From: the human T2T-CHM13v2.0 reference genome, Homo sapiens
Assembly (NCBI RefSeq): GCF_009914755.1
Contig: NC_060935.1
Reading direction: 5' to 3' (one strand)
DNA length: 64,000 nt
Shown here: positions 18,801 to 37,560 of the stretch, piece by piece
Numbering within the stretch: the first letter of the stretch is position 1
Layout: each line of letters begins with the position of its first letter
Program-made: the position numbers and the translations under genes
The notes under the pieces: model-generated
Databases searched by the model: none
What the model saw: the letters and a program-made list of their open reading frames with translations, nothing else
Told to the model about the DNA's origin: nothing

Positions 18801-19460
18801 ACACAACACTGGCAGGATGGTCAAAGAAATAATTCACAGACACTGATACAGAAAAGGTACATACACACACATATAAATACACACATATGTATACATACTA
18901 CTAAAAAAACACAGCCGCAGATAGACCCAACCTGGAACCCAGATAAAACTTATTCCAATGATGCTTCTCTGTGCAAAACATAATCCCTTATTAATTATTT
19001 TTGGTATCAATGTATAAAGCAGGCATGAATATTCTCATTATGATTACATCTGATTTTTAAACACATATAGTCTTAACTCCAACATTATGACCCAATTTAT
19101 TCATTAATGACTATTTCCAAAAAATCAATTTCCAAAAAATCAAGAACATCAAACACTTTCTTTAATGTACCACAAGCAATAAAGGTAATTTTAAAAGGAC
19201 TCCAAATTTCTTGGCACAACAAGAGTAACAAGAGATTAAATATGCAGTTTCCCAAGGTAACTGGCTTCTTTAAAGAAACAATTCTCATGTATAAGTCTTG
19301 GCATAGTTCTTAAGGCTTTTGTATTATACTATACTCATATTTCATAGTCAAACAATAACAGACCCTATGTTTATAGAATACATTTCTACCTGTATATACC
19401 CTTGTAGGCCTCACTCTTCTTTGAAGGACTTGTCATTGTGGACTTCTGTGCACAACATGA

Positions 19461-19838
<378 letters not shown>

Positions 19839-19917
19839 TAATTTGAGTCTGAGGATTATAAGAATGCTGGGGGATGGATCCTTAATTTTCTAAAATCTCT
19901 TCATTCAACCCATTTTC

Positions 19918-20213
19918 TTTCTTTTTTTTTTGGAAGATGGAGTCTCTCTCTGTTGCCCAGGCTGGAGTGCAGTGACACAATTATGGCTCACTGCAGCCTT
20001 GACCTCCCTGGGTTCAGGCGATCCTCCCACCTCAGCCTCCCGAGTAGCTGGACCACAGGTGTGCACCACCATGCTCGGCTAATTTTTGTATTTTTAGTAG
20101 AGATGGGTTTCACCACGTTGGCCAGGCTGGTCTTGAACTTCTGATCTCAAGGGCTCTGCCCACCTTAGCCTCCCAAAGTGCTAGGATTACAGGCGTGACC
20201 CACTGCACCCAGC
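19918..20213 (-). mobile_element. AluJ/S
   Basis: Dimer, TSD cattcaacccattttct. Confidence 0.9.
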
Positions 20214-21165
20214 CCATTCAACCCATTTTCTAAGGACAGACTATGAGTGGGGTTGGAATCTACAACCTAAAACTGCAAAGAGCAGTTTTTCATTCATTTA
20301 TAGAGCAAAAATATATTGAGTACCTATATTCAAAGTAGTTAGGGAACAAATATGGGTGGGGGATAAAGCAGAATAAAATAACAGAGACCTTGACCTCATT
20401 TCTTAAAACACTCAATCTCTGACATCTTCAACTCTTGTATAGCAATTCATAAGCAATTGAATTTAAAACTTTTTTGGTATAAAAAAGTTTCAAAACATGA
20501 CAGGATCCCTAATTTTCTAAAACAATATATTTAAAACAAAATTATTAGTTGGTAGTCTAAATGGATTTATCTCCTTTTCCCAGAGTATGATAGGCAGAAC
20601 ACTTACTTAGTATGGCTTAGGTTCTGTCTGCAAAAGGAAAAAAAACTCCACAGTTTTTTTCCAGCTTTGGAATTCTATGACAAATATTTACAACTGCTAT
20701 GTGTAAATGAAAAAACACACAAACACTTAAAAGTTTATCTTACACTATAGTTTTGCCTCATCTATGGCAGGCTCCAAAAATGACTGCACTAAGAGGAAAG
20801 GGGGAAAAAACAGCAAAGATATCCAAAGTCGACAAAATTTCAGCTCTAAACATTTAAGTTCATCACTTCAGTTTGCAAGCAAAAAGACTGTTCATGTTCA
20901 GTCAAAAAAATCAAAAAGCTAAGTTAAAAAGAAAAAAAACAGTAGGAGACGTGAAGTTCAGTTTCATTCTAAGAACCTGGAGAGGCGGGCCTTTCACTTT
21001 ACATTCAGGTAAAGAATTTGCAGAAATTTCCCTAGCCAACTTTACTTTGTGAACGTCACAGCCACTGTCAAACAATCATTGAGGTATCTGTAGAATTCTG
21101 GAAAGACTGTCAGAAATATGTATACAGTAGAAGAGATAGGTCTTCTCATGAAGACTCAGTATTTA

Positions 21166-21526
<361 letters not shown>

Positions 21527-23348
21527 CTATTTAGTTGCAAAGTGTTCCAAGAACTTACGTTTTAAGATGTTTCATAACTCCACATAAACATCTTTCTCTC
21601 TTCCTAGCTTCCCTGCCAACATAAGTAAGTACCTCAAGAGTAAAGGATCAGATGGCAAGTGTAGGTATTCCAAAACATAAGAAATAATTTTGTTGATTTA
21701 AATTACCTTCTTTGCTTGAACAGCCTCGGGGTGCAAATAAAACATATTACTAATTAAAAGAGCCAACAGTAGTACTAATAAAACATCAACAAAGCAGCTT
21801 TTATATAGACAGAGGCTTTTAGGTACTCGCCTCCTAACCTCAGTACATGGAACAATGAATGTGCCCCTAAAACGAAGAGAGCTATTTCCATTTCTGTTGG
21901 AGAAGAATAAAAAGCCAACTTAAGTCTATGGCTGGAGAGAGAGAACCCTACTTGATACTGAGGCGTCACAAAAACTTGGGCATAAATCTTACAGGTGAAG
22001 AAGCATCTAGCATGAGAAACAGCACAGAAACCATTTTCCAAGACAGATAATTGTACATAGGTCATTTTACTCAATGGAAACTATAGCAATGGTTCCCAAA
22101 CTTTGGGATTTTAATAAACAGAAAATTTACAAACAAAACAGCTATATATCCTATGTAAGCTTTCCAAAATCTGCCCTAAAAACATTTTTTAAAAATTAGT
22201 CACTGCCATCTACTATTGGTATTTCATTAGAAAACAAAGTAGTAAGCAAGAAGTAATTTCAGTATAAATGCAGCTTAAGTTTTTTGGTTAGCTGCTTCTC
22301 ATTTCACTCCAGACGAATATAAAACCTTCATTAAAGATCATGCTGGTTCAAAGATCAGTGTCAAAAAACAACTAATCTAGAGACTTAACATTTTCACTGT
22401 CTTAAATCAGTAGGATTATACTACAACTGCTCAACACCACACATTTGGCTATGAAACAGGCTGAGTCATCTGTAAACGCAGGTATTCCTCAGCTCTTCAT
22501 CCTCAGTGTCAGCCAATGGTCTCCCTAAAGCAGCATTATCACTCTTCTCAGCAGTGACAGGTTTCTGCCACTCAAAAAGACCCAATGTGTCTCAGAGTCC
22601 CATCCCTGTCTTCTTAAGCTTCCCCTCCAAAATAAGCCGAACTCTTAGACCTTGCTGGGAAGCTGATGTCTCAGAGGCAGGACCCTTATCACAAGCAGCC
22701 CTACATTCCACTCGAAACCCCCCATTGCCCCCTTGCTCGCTCTCAGCACACTGCTCTCCAACATCATGTTTTAAAACTGTTTTCCTTCCGCACTTATGGC
22801 CTTCACTTTCATTTTAATCTGATTTCCCCTGTGTAAAAATCATAGCCAAGGAAGGGTCATGAACGGACAGAGCAGATGATCCTACCTGACTCACTATACT
22901 CAAATAAATAAATAAATAAGTAAAAGAGCTAGACTAGCTTACTCACAGGTCACATAAATGCAAAAAAGGTCTTTGGGAACAGAGGGCCGGGGGGTATATG
23001 GGATATCCCTGTACCTTCCACTCAGTTTTGCCGTGAATCTAAAATTGCTCTAAAAAATAACTTTTTAAAAAATTTCTAGAGGAACTAGATTAACCACTAG
23101 TTTGTCAGTTCCATAAGAAACGGGACCTTGTCTATTTTGCTCATCACTGTACAGACACCACCTGGGAAATACCTTGCACAAAATGAGTGCTTAGTAAATT
23201 GTGATAAATGAAAGAACTTACACTGTGAGAAACTCAGCAATGTTTTCTGGGAATTATGAAGTTACTTAACAACCACAATGACTTATGTTTTACTACAACA
23301 ATTTTTAAAAAGTGATTATAGGATATATAATTAAAAATAGGTACTAAA

Positions 23349-24020
<672 letters not shown>

Positions 24021-24707
24021 GGGCAAAAATTAAAATAGTTTAACAAAAGGGTCCCTTTAAACCTAAGGGAAAAAGACCACAAACAACACCAAAGGCACTA
24101 TTATTTTGTTCACAAATAGAAATGACTTGGTGGGCTGCAAAAACATTATGATCTTAAAAGCTCTAAAAGGCATATGACCAACTGTGGGTAAATGGAAATC
24201 TCTACATTTAGGATGCTCTAAGGATCTGTAGCCAAAACAAACACAACAGACTCTCTTCACACACTTATGACACAGATGGGCATTACTGGCTAAACTGTCA
24301 GGTTTTTACTGAACATAGTTGGGCTTCCTACAACATATGAACTTCTGTATAGTCAAAATCACGTAATAGCAAACTATGTTAAAACAAAATTCTACCACAT
24401 AATGCTAGTACTAAATAGGATAACTTCTTAGGATAAATTTTAAGTAGATTTTAACAGTAGTGGACAAACTAACTGGGTCAAACCACAAATAGTTTAATAA
24501 ATCTTCTTAAAACCATCAGGTCAATCTATCCCGCCTCTTGCCAACACTTTTTAAGTCTTAAATTTGGTAAATATGTAAGGAAAGTCAATACACTTTTTAA
24601 ACAGTCTGCCACAATGCTAATTTAACCTACACATACACGTGAGGTTAATCCAGCTTGCATGTGAGTTGTTCCCTGTCAATATTAGGCAATATCAATTTGC
24701 TGATTTA

Positions 24708-24997
<290 letters not shown>

Positions 24998-25424
24998 AAT
25001 TTGCTGATTTATTTACATAAATTCATCTTCATACGCAATTATAAGATTAGGATTTTAAAATATTGTACAAGTACTTAAATCAGAGCTGCCCAAGAAAGAC
25101 TCAACTGTTTTTAGTCAACAGTACTCATTTTTCTGCCTCAGCACAGCAGTTATGCCACATTCCCAGTGGTAATTGTGGGTCACCTGTAAGTGGCAAGAAG
25201 GTGGGACACATGCAGTATGAAAAATCTTGCCAAATAATTCTGATAATCTAATCCACCCCAGCCTCTTTCTTCCACAAAGCAGACAAGAACTGGATTGTGC
25301 AGAAACATATATTTTTTTTATGCATCCTATTGAACAAGTGGTTTATGAGATTATTCAAAGAATAATAACAGCTACCAATTATTAGGTTTATAACTACTAA
25401 TTATTAAGTTTATGGTTCAAAGAT

Positions 25425-25736
<312 letters not shown>

Positions 25737-25753
25737 AATTTTACATACATTAT

Positions 25754-26351
25754 TGAGGCAGGAGAATAGGGTCTGGAGGCAGGGAACCTAAGGCTGTTTC
25801 ACACCGACTTCCTAGAACTAAATTGAAAGGAAAATCCTAACTTTCGACACCTAAGTAACAAAAGAACCAGAGGCTACTCGCTTTGACCTTTTCTGCATGG
25901 CAGGTGGGAAACTGGCTGTCCGCAACAAATCAGACTGATTGTGGGCTGAGTCTTCGTTTGCACAGAAGTATAACTTTGCAAAAAGCAACCAATCAGATGT
26001 TTGCACAGGAGTGTTACCTTTGTAACTTCACTTGGGCCTCTGGTTGGCTCCTTCCTGCAAACAATCAGACCGATTGCAGGCTACCACTTAACTGACATGA
26101 GATGAGCATGAAGTGGCCAACAGGAAACTTCTAGGGGGTATTTGAACCCAAGAAGATTCTGTATCCGGGCCCTTGAGCCGCTGCTTGGCCCACTCCCACA
26201 CTGTGGAGTGTACTTTCGTTTTCAGTAAATCCCTACTTTCGTTCTTTTGTTGCTTCATTCTTTCTTTGCTTTGCTGGGCGTTTTGTCCAATCCTTTGTTC
26301 AAAATGCCCAGAACCTGGACAACTTGCAGTCAGGACCCTCTACCAGTGACA
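25754..26351 (+). mobile_element. ERV1 solo LTR, MER51-like
   Basis: Starts TGAGGCAGGAGAATAGGGTCTGGAGGCAGGGAACCTAAGG, has repeated CCAATCAG-like boxes and ends ...accagtgaCA; interrupts a MIR. Confidence 0.8.
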
Positions 26352-27179
26352 TTGTTACCAATCCTCAAACAAACTTAAGGATAGGTATTATTTCCATTTT
26401 ACAAATGAGAAAACAAAGAACACTCAGATAGCCTCCCCAAGGGACCACAGCAAATAAAGACAGGGTGAGGTTTGCACCCAGGGCAACCCCAGGCCTAAGC
26501 CTTCCCGCGCCATACACAGCTTCCTAAGCAAAAGAAAGGCCTTGAGTACACAGTTGCGCTTACATCCACTCACTTCAGTGTGAATCGATGGCCATGTGTC
26601 ATTCTGGAAGATTCTCAAACTTACCAGGTTTTAGTTCTATTCTAATCTGCGGATGGATTTCAGGAGGTATGAAATTGACTGAAAAAAAAGGTCACTGTGG
26701 TTATGCATTGCTGATCAATAAATTATGGTGATAATTTGATCCAGCGAAGTCCGGAACATCAACCAAAGACAGGTCCCAAAATTTCAGTGCCCAGGTGCAT
26801 TTGCATTTTTGGATCACAGAGATGACATCTGAAGGCCACATGACATTATAGAATGCTGTACAAACAAAGTTTGAAACAGGTAAAAAGAAACGTGGGAGAT
26901 TTATCTTCCGGTTCATGGCAGCACTGGTGTGCCAAACTTGAAAAGCACGACATAGGAAACGACCTTACACAAAGCAGGAACACACATACTGCACAGATCC
27001 CATGTTAATATGGTTCATCAACAAAAAGTAATTATTAATACATAACAAAAAGTTTTCATTGAATGGGTTTTCTTCATACTTTGGTATTATATATCGGGGA
27101 GTACTTTTAAAGTGGCTGCCCTGCAAAATAATGGATTGTTAAAAACAAATTCACTGTTAACAGACTACGGTAAGATCTA

Positions 27180-28137
<958 letters not shown>

Positions 28138-28500
28138 AATAATTTAAAATGTTTAAAGCACTTAAATTTGTGGGAAAATTGTTAAAAAGAAAAAATAATG
28201 GTAATCATGCTTAATATCAAAAGAATCAAAAAACAGACAAAGGAAATATAAAATAAACAAAAATAGTTCTCAATCATTAAACATAACAATAGCAATCTAA
28301 ACGTTTTTAAAATATTATTTTAAATTTTTGAATTGTGTTGATTTTGGAGCCAGTATTTACTTTGGAAATTCGTTTTAGTTTTATAAGATGTTTCCATTTA
28401 GTTTATTTTATAAATAATTATATGAGATTAAAAATAAGAATTATTTAATCAACATTAGGATTTTATAATAATTTTTCCTTTTCAAAAAAGTCACACATTC

Positions 28501-28805
<305 letters not shown>

Positions 28806-30808
28806 AAGTCACATTCAAGGTTAAGTGCTAGCCCCTTTTTAGCAAAATACAGAATATTATCATCTCAATTAAGACATATTCACTGAAACGGCATTACAAC
28901 TAGCCAAACACATAGCTGTTTCCTTGATCACACATCTTCACAAATCTGGACTAAGAATGGTATTGGGACGGTAGGATAAGAATTGTAGTTTCAAATACAA
29001 GATTCCCATTCCCTAGAATCAAAAAAGTTATAAGAATCTTATAAATGCTACCCTAGCCATGAAGACCATTACCCTCATAAAATTCTATAAATGCAATGCA
29101 ATAAACTTATCCTCTATTTTAGGGGACCCACAGAGTATCGTAAAGTCCAGGCATTTCTAGAGCTGTGGTACAATGTTTTCTCCTGCATACATGTTCAATA
29201 TCGCTACAAAAATTACTGTGCTGCTCTGAAGACCTGTAGACCAGTGACAAAAATTCAGTAATTAGACCAATCTGTGGGGTCAAAGAAAAGAATGAGATTC
29301 TCGAGACTTATCTAAATAATATTTTTTAAAAATATTTAAGACAAGCATCTACTTTCTGAAGCATTGTTACTGTCACTGCTGAAGACAGAAAGGCAAGAGC
29401 CAGCTGAAAAAGGGCGACGGTGGCCCCCCTTGTCATTTTCCGATTCTACAACACCTTCTGGCTCCAGTTTTTTGGATCCCCCTCCATTACTAAATCCCAA
29501 TCTTCAATGGCCACTTGAGGTCAACTTCCACTGTACTTATCCTGGCCAGCTAGAAACAAAACGGGAGTGTCTGGGTGGGGCTGACAGTATGCACACTGGT
29601 CTATCTCCAGGCAAATCTCTGCTCTGGTGACCCCACTTCTACTCTATTTCTTTCTGTGAGGCACCTTGAGGATGGTACTTTACTGGTGGTTTTAATACTG
29701 CCAATCACAGTTAAGTGTTTATCTGCTCCAAACACATGTAAGCCCAAAAGAAAAGTAGGAAACCTGAAAGAACAGATGTAACAATCATGCTCAGTATTTA
29801 AGTATACATCTGAAAATTCCAGGAAGTAATGGGATTTCCCATCGATGACAACATTCATACTTTTGGGAGAAAACTATTACCAGTAAAGTTAGCAAAGAAT
29901 TCTAACAATAGCTATCCCCTTGCTTTTAGCTATCCCTTGCTTCATACCTAGCCTAGTAAAGCTAGGTATGAAGTACATCTCTTATAAAAATCAGTGTTAT
30001 TTACCTGGTATTAAACTGAAGAATGTTTACATTGAGCTTCAGGAGATGGAGGGGGAAAGGGAGAGTAACAAAATTGAAAATTTAAAGCAAGAAAATCAAG
30101 ATGGTGTTCAGTTGCTTGAACATACAGGAATTTACCCAAACTTTCACCATTACCTATTACAGCACTCCCCTAACTGCTCTCTTTCCCAGGAGCCATGTCC
30201 TCACGAACCCAAGCACATACAATCAATTCTAGTTACTCCCACGGCAAGAGCTCCTTCAATTTTAATCCTACTCATTTGATTTTGATTTGACAGTCTCTCA
30301 GTAACCTGTACCACAATAAGATCACATTTTGTCAATAAAAGCACTCCATCTCAAACAGAACAACAGAACAGCAACAGCAACTGCTCGCATGCAGTAAGTA
30401 CCTAGCAAGTGCCAATCACTAGCCCAAGCTATTGTGTCCTCATTTTGCCTGTAAAGACTAAATGGGATGATCCCATAGCCCCATGGACCACCATATAGAG
30501 ATGGGGAAATCAAGGCACAGAGGGCTCACATCACTAGAATATGGTGGAGCCTGGCTTTGACTCCAGGCTCTCTGACTCCAGGACCTACCCTAGTCTAAAC
30601 TGCTATAATACACTGCCCAAAAATGCCTAGGTTAAAGCTCCCATTTATGTAACACAAATTCATTCTAAATTCAATCATTTCATTAATCTACAAATTCTAC
30701 ATGCTACGTTTATATAAAATAAGGATGTGGATGTCTTTCAATCCCATATCTACTTCCAGAGAGTAGTACGTGAATGACATAAATGATAAAAATCAAGAAA
30801 TGGTCTTC

Positions 30809-31112
30809 AGCCGTCGTGGTGGCTCCTGCCTGTAATCCCAGCACTTTGGGAGGCTGAGGCAGGTGGATCACTTGAGGTCGGAAGTTCAAGACCAGCCTGG
30901 CCAACATGGAGAAACCTCGTCTTTACTAAAAATACAAAAATTAGCCAGGCATGGTGGCACACACCTGTAGTCCCAGCTACTCTAATTGGGAGGCTGAGGC
31001 ATGAGAATCGCTTGAGCCCTGGGAGGTGGAGTTTGCAGTGAGCCGACATCGCACCACTGCACTCCAGCCTGTGCAACAGAGTGAGACTCTGTCTCAAAAA
31101 AAAAAAAAAGAA
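30809..31112 (+). mobile_element. AluS
   Basis: Dimer, TSD aagaaatggtcttc. Confidence 0.9.
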
Positions 31113-31517
31113 AAGAAATGGTCTTCTTCAGTTGGACTCAACAGTGTAGACTAATGATTTACAGTGTTGCCAAGAACACTTGGCACATTCCCATCACACA
31201 TTGTATTAATCTGTTGGTAATGGGAATGAGATAAGGAACACTCGAGCAAAGAGGTCAGCAGCAACGTTCAACACCCCAGATATGCTATTACAATCATCCA
31301 AATCATATTTTATAGTTAGAAGGCAAAGCGTCAAAAATCCCTTAAGTTAAAGCCAAAGACTTCCAAATAATTCAATTTCATTAGAGAATGAAGAGGAAAA
31401 TTTCCTGCAGGTTAAAAAATTCTACTACATAAAGAATATATAGCATCAAAGAAAACCATGTTAAGAAAGATACTAAGATATGAAGCAGGTTCTCTAAAAT
31501 TTCAACAATTTAGTTAT

Positions 31518-31843
<326 letters not shown>

Positions 31844-33303
31844 CAATTTAATTCTTTAAAAGCCAAGTTAACCTGCAGACCTGAAAAATTATTATTTTTA
31901 AGCCATTTAATTATAACCTAAAAAACAGCATACAAATTAATGCATATTGCTCACTATAGATAAAAATACTACAGACAGTTTATACTGGGCATTTAGAGAT
32001 CTGAACAAGTAGTCTTTCTTGTTCAATTTTTCTCTTTTCAAATTAAAAAAAGAAAAACTTACAGACAAGCATCATCAATCATTAAGAGGGCCTGGTTCTG
32101 ATATTATATGAGCTCTGTCAACCTTAATCAAATTGCTTGACAGATCGTAGATAAGTAATGACTTGCTTAGGTTAAGCAAGGCCAGAGTTTTCCTTCTGTA
32201 GTATATACATCTCCAGAGTGAAAATAAACAGCCTCACACCTCTTACTGGGAGCTGCACTCCACTGCTATTACAACTCAGTCTTCATTTCAACAGAGGAGG
32301 AGGAACATCTATTTTTCTTTCCTTCCTTCTCAATATGGTCATCAGAAGTCATCAAAGTCATTTTTAAACTATCCCATTAAACAGTTAATAATTATTTTAA
32401 TCTACACCAATTAGCTATCATTAAATGCCAAAACATTTGTTTTGGCCTGCATTACACAGTGATATAAAACAAAACAGAAATAGTTAACAACTGACAAAAG
32501 CAATACTAAAGGAATCACTTAAAACTGCAAAGCCTGAATTCATGTTGTAACACATCCAAGAAATTGAAAAACAAATTTTGTTTCAATATAATCGGCCCCA
32601 TTTTGGGTGCAGGGGCACCATGGAACAACAGTTAAAATAAGAGAAAGAGCATCCCAATTCAGATTTTGTATTCATTCTATAACCAAGACACAAATAACGA
32701 ACTAAAACATCCTCCTCGTTAACTTCTTTACATATAATTGGAAAGGGCTTTCATACTTCATATTCAGCCAGGATGTACCGTTAAAGAATTTCTAAGCATC
32801 CAAGTATTCTGCCTGCTCTAAAGAAAAGCGTTAAAAAGCAAGGATCCCAGTGGCTAGGGGAAAAGAAAATGAAATGACTTCTTTAGAAGAACTTTAGAAG
32901 AATGAGTTTAAAAATATAAGATACCAGGGAGTCAATTTTACCTTAGGCAAAATGCGCTTCAATGTTTTCCATTAGGTCAATAGTATCTAGAATGCAGAGC
33001 TTGTGGTTTAGAAATGTCAAAGATCAAAAAAGCAAAAAAACAAAAAAAAAGCACCCTTAGAATTTAGCTATTTTAATCTATTCCTAAACACATACAACTG
33101 TGCAATTATAACCTAAAATAAACCTAAAAAGAAAGACTAAAGTTCCAAATAACACTTTTCTCCAACATGCGAAAGAGGTATTTTGAAGGACACCTAACTT
33201 TGAACTAGATTAAAACTTTTATATGATATCAATGCTCGATCATTTAGTCTTCATGATTTCCATTCTAACAAAGATTTTACAATCTCATACATTTCCTGTA
33301 AGT

Positions 33304-33308
<5 letters not shown>

Positions 33309-33343
<35 letters not shown>
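33309..33343 (+). repeat. (AC)17 microsatellite
   Basis: Read directly. Confidence 0.97.
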
Positions 33344-33347
<4 letters not shown>

Positions 33348-34380
33348 AAAAAAAGTCTGTAAAATACTCCAAAATACAAAGGGCTCTATAAAAGTTATTT
33401 AAGAAATGATCATTATCAGAAACAGGAAAGGAGAAAATTATGCTGTATACAGAATAAAAAGAACCACAAAACAAGATTTGTAATTGCCGAAATACAAACT
33501 CCTCAGCAGGGGACCAAGGACGGGGTGTGCCGTGGCTCCTCCTAAGCCTGTCTGTGCACGCCATGCACAGCCTGGGTCAGGACTTTTCTTTCCCAATCCC
33601 CTGGAGCCTCCATTCTTATAGTCTGCAGGGCACACACACAGACAAGGACCTGGCTCTGCAAAAAGCAATACTTCACTCCTCTGACACCATATTAGTTACT
33701 GTTAAATTGCCCAAGTACACATGCAGCATACATTCACTCTAGGTGAATCGGAAAAAGACACTAGTATTTCTCAGTGAATGAGAAAGAACCTTTACAAGCA
33801 AATGGGGACTTCGCCTACTCGATGTAAATTTTTTTTTTTCCAGAAAACTCACATTTCAACATGAAGGAAAAAAAATCCTTAATTGCACAAATGAAAAACT
33901 CAAAAATCAGTTTCTCATTCTTGGTTGTTAAAGGCCTGTAGCATTTGAGATGTGGTGGCTGCTGCTCTGATTCCATGGCCAGCTGACACCTGTAATCACA
34001 ATGAATTAAGTGTCCTGTATTCACGTACAGCTAAGGAAACGTGAATCTAGCCAAGTGTTATAGTTTCTACTTTATAAGGGTAATCACTTCCTTATCTTTT
34101 CCCTAACAATCTACCTATCTGGGAAGACACACCCTAAAATAACAAGTAAAACACAGATAGTGTTTTCTTTAAGATAATTTTGGATATTACTTTCAAGGAG
34201 GGTGGAATGCATTAGCCTGGATTTACCAAGGTTCACATTTAGAAATCCACTTTGGGAGTTAGCTACAAGACTCCTATTAACACTACTAAGATACATGCAG
34301 TCCAAACCCTGAGCTAACGTTTATCTGATACCACAAAATATTGATATGAAATCTCTGCACAAGCTGTATTGTATAATTAA

Positions 34381-34759
<379 letters not shown>

Positions 34760-34901
34760 AACAATAGCTCTTTTAAAATGCATCCTCAAACGCAAAAGAA
34801 ATAACACATAACATCAATTGTGTTTGCTAGCCTAATAGGAAACCACAGTTAACAGTCAATCTCATAATGACTCAAAATTGGCTTTAGTTAGCCATGGGAT
34901 T

Positions 34902-34935
34902 AAAACAAAACAAAACAAAACAAAACAAAACAAAA
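34902..34935 (+). repeat. (AAAAC)n microsatellite
   Basis: About 6 copies, read directly. Confidence 0.93.
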
Positions 34936-35245
34936 AAAACTTTAGCTCTAAATGTATTATGAAAATTATACAAAAGACCTACATACAGTCAAAACATGAT
35001 TACTGCAATTTCTTTTAAGAGAGGAACCCAACCAAAATATAAAATAATTTAAAACATGGTGACTAGAGCTTGGAATTGGGAACTCAGGGTAGAAATCTGA
35101 TCTATTTACTTTTATTGTAACCTTAAAAAGGACTCATACTATGAAAAAGAAAGTATGCCTAATTTTCAATAAACAGAAATCAAACTACTGATTTAGAGAT
35201 CAGAACAATTCTAATCAAATTATAATATGACTTGAAAATATGTTA

Positions 35246-35865
<620 letters not shown>

Positions 35866-37399
35866 TTCACAATTAGGTTTAAAATATGCTTTCACCCACC
35901 AGAACCAACTCAGCAGAACCTCACTATAATTCTTATTACTGTAGAAGAAAACCTGCCATTTCCTTTTGGATGAACATCCAAGATTTAATGGAAGAAACAA
36001 TAAAATGACCCCATTTAAAAAGGCGATCACACAGTAAGATGCACCCAGGAGGTAAATCATGGGTACAACATAGCAGTTAAGACTCTAATGTGGCCCTACT
36101 CAGGAGTTTAGTAATCTATTAAGAACTATAAAAATACCTCCTCCAGATTTAGTAGTCCCAGGGTTTACTGGAACTACTGCTCGGATGCTAGGACACCAAA
36201 CCGAAATCCTGATAATGAGCTGTCGTTATATCATGGCCACATCTAGAAATCTAATTGCACAGTGAGAGTGCATAGGATGAAATGGGAAGGAGGAAACACT
36301 AAATCAAATCCAACCGCTCTGATCGGTCATCTGATATTATTTGACTGGTGTTTTTACACAGAGGGATAAATGGCACCTTTCCTGCAAAACTGTACTGTCA
36401 CATACATAATCACATTCAGACATTCAGCCACATCATCATTTTATGAGCCAGTATCAGATGTTTTCAATACATTGCAAGCTATGTAATGTATTGCATACCA
36501 TATCGAGCCACATGGTGAGGTTTAACCCCATTTTCTAAACGAGGATTCCCCATACCCACTCTCATACTCTCATAGTCACCAACAGGAGAGGGACAGTGAG
36601 AATGACGGAAACAGAGGTTACTGATAAACCCTATGTCCATTCCAGCTGAAACCACGCTCACTCCCTAATTGTTACTGCCTGTTATTCACTGTGTTGTTGT
36701 TTTGTCATACCCACATCCTAAGGCCAAAATCATGAAAAGAAGCCAAATTAAATGGGCAGGAAAAATGTCTTATCCCCAGCTTGCAATGCTATTTTTCTTT
36801 TTATTGGAATAAGAGACTGCCAAGTTCTGATGTCACTACAATAATTTCATGGCCTGATAAAAGCAGTATTTTATCCATTAAACATTCGTTCCCCTTGCCA
36901 ATTTTACCTCTAACCAGGCAGTGTGTACAATTACTCACTGAACAGATACCAAACTACAGTAAAATAAAAAATTCTAATTACTTTTATTCTGATACTGTAA
37001 AAAGCCAGTAACTGTCAGAAATTTCCCTGGCAAGAGACACAATCCTGAATATGTTTTTTAGTACCTATATACCCAGGAGAACCCCTGCAAAATACAAAAA
37101 GACAAAACATGACATCAGCTCTCTGGGCACTGAATAATGTTGCACAGAACTACTACATACATTTTAAATATATAAAATTGTTAAAATATTCAAAATATTT
37201 GACAAGGATTCCAGTCATAGTGTGATAATGCATGTCCCAGCATCTTCAATATGTAACTGTTTTTTTCTTTATCTAAAGCTTTCGTTTATCTTCATTACTT
37301 GAAGCTGTGGTATCACTCCCTGAACTTGAGAGTCATTGATGTCACTGAATTTTTACGAGCAAAATCGTGTGTTGAAATCATTCATGGATCTAGAGAAGA

Positions 37400-37560
37400 T
37401 GGTTCAGCATCTTTCTACTCAGTGTGCTCCACCCAGCTCATCAGTATTATCTGGAAACTTGTTAGAAAGGAAGAATATTGGGCCCCACCCCAGACCTACT
37501 GAATCAGAATATGCAGTTGAACACACTCGCTCACCCAGAAATTCAAATGCACGTTAATGC
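37400..37560. mobile_element. MER5-like hAT relic
   Basis: ctggaaacttgttagaaa...gggccccaccccagacctactgaatcagaat motif. Confidence 0.7.
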
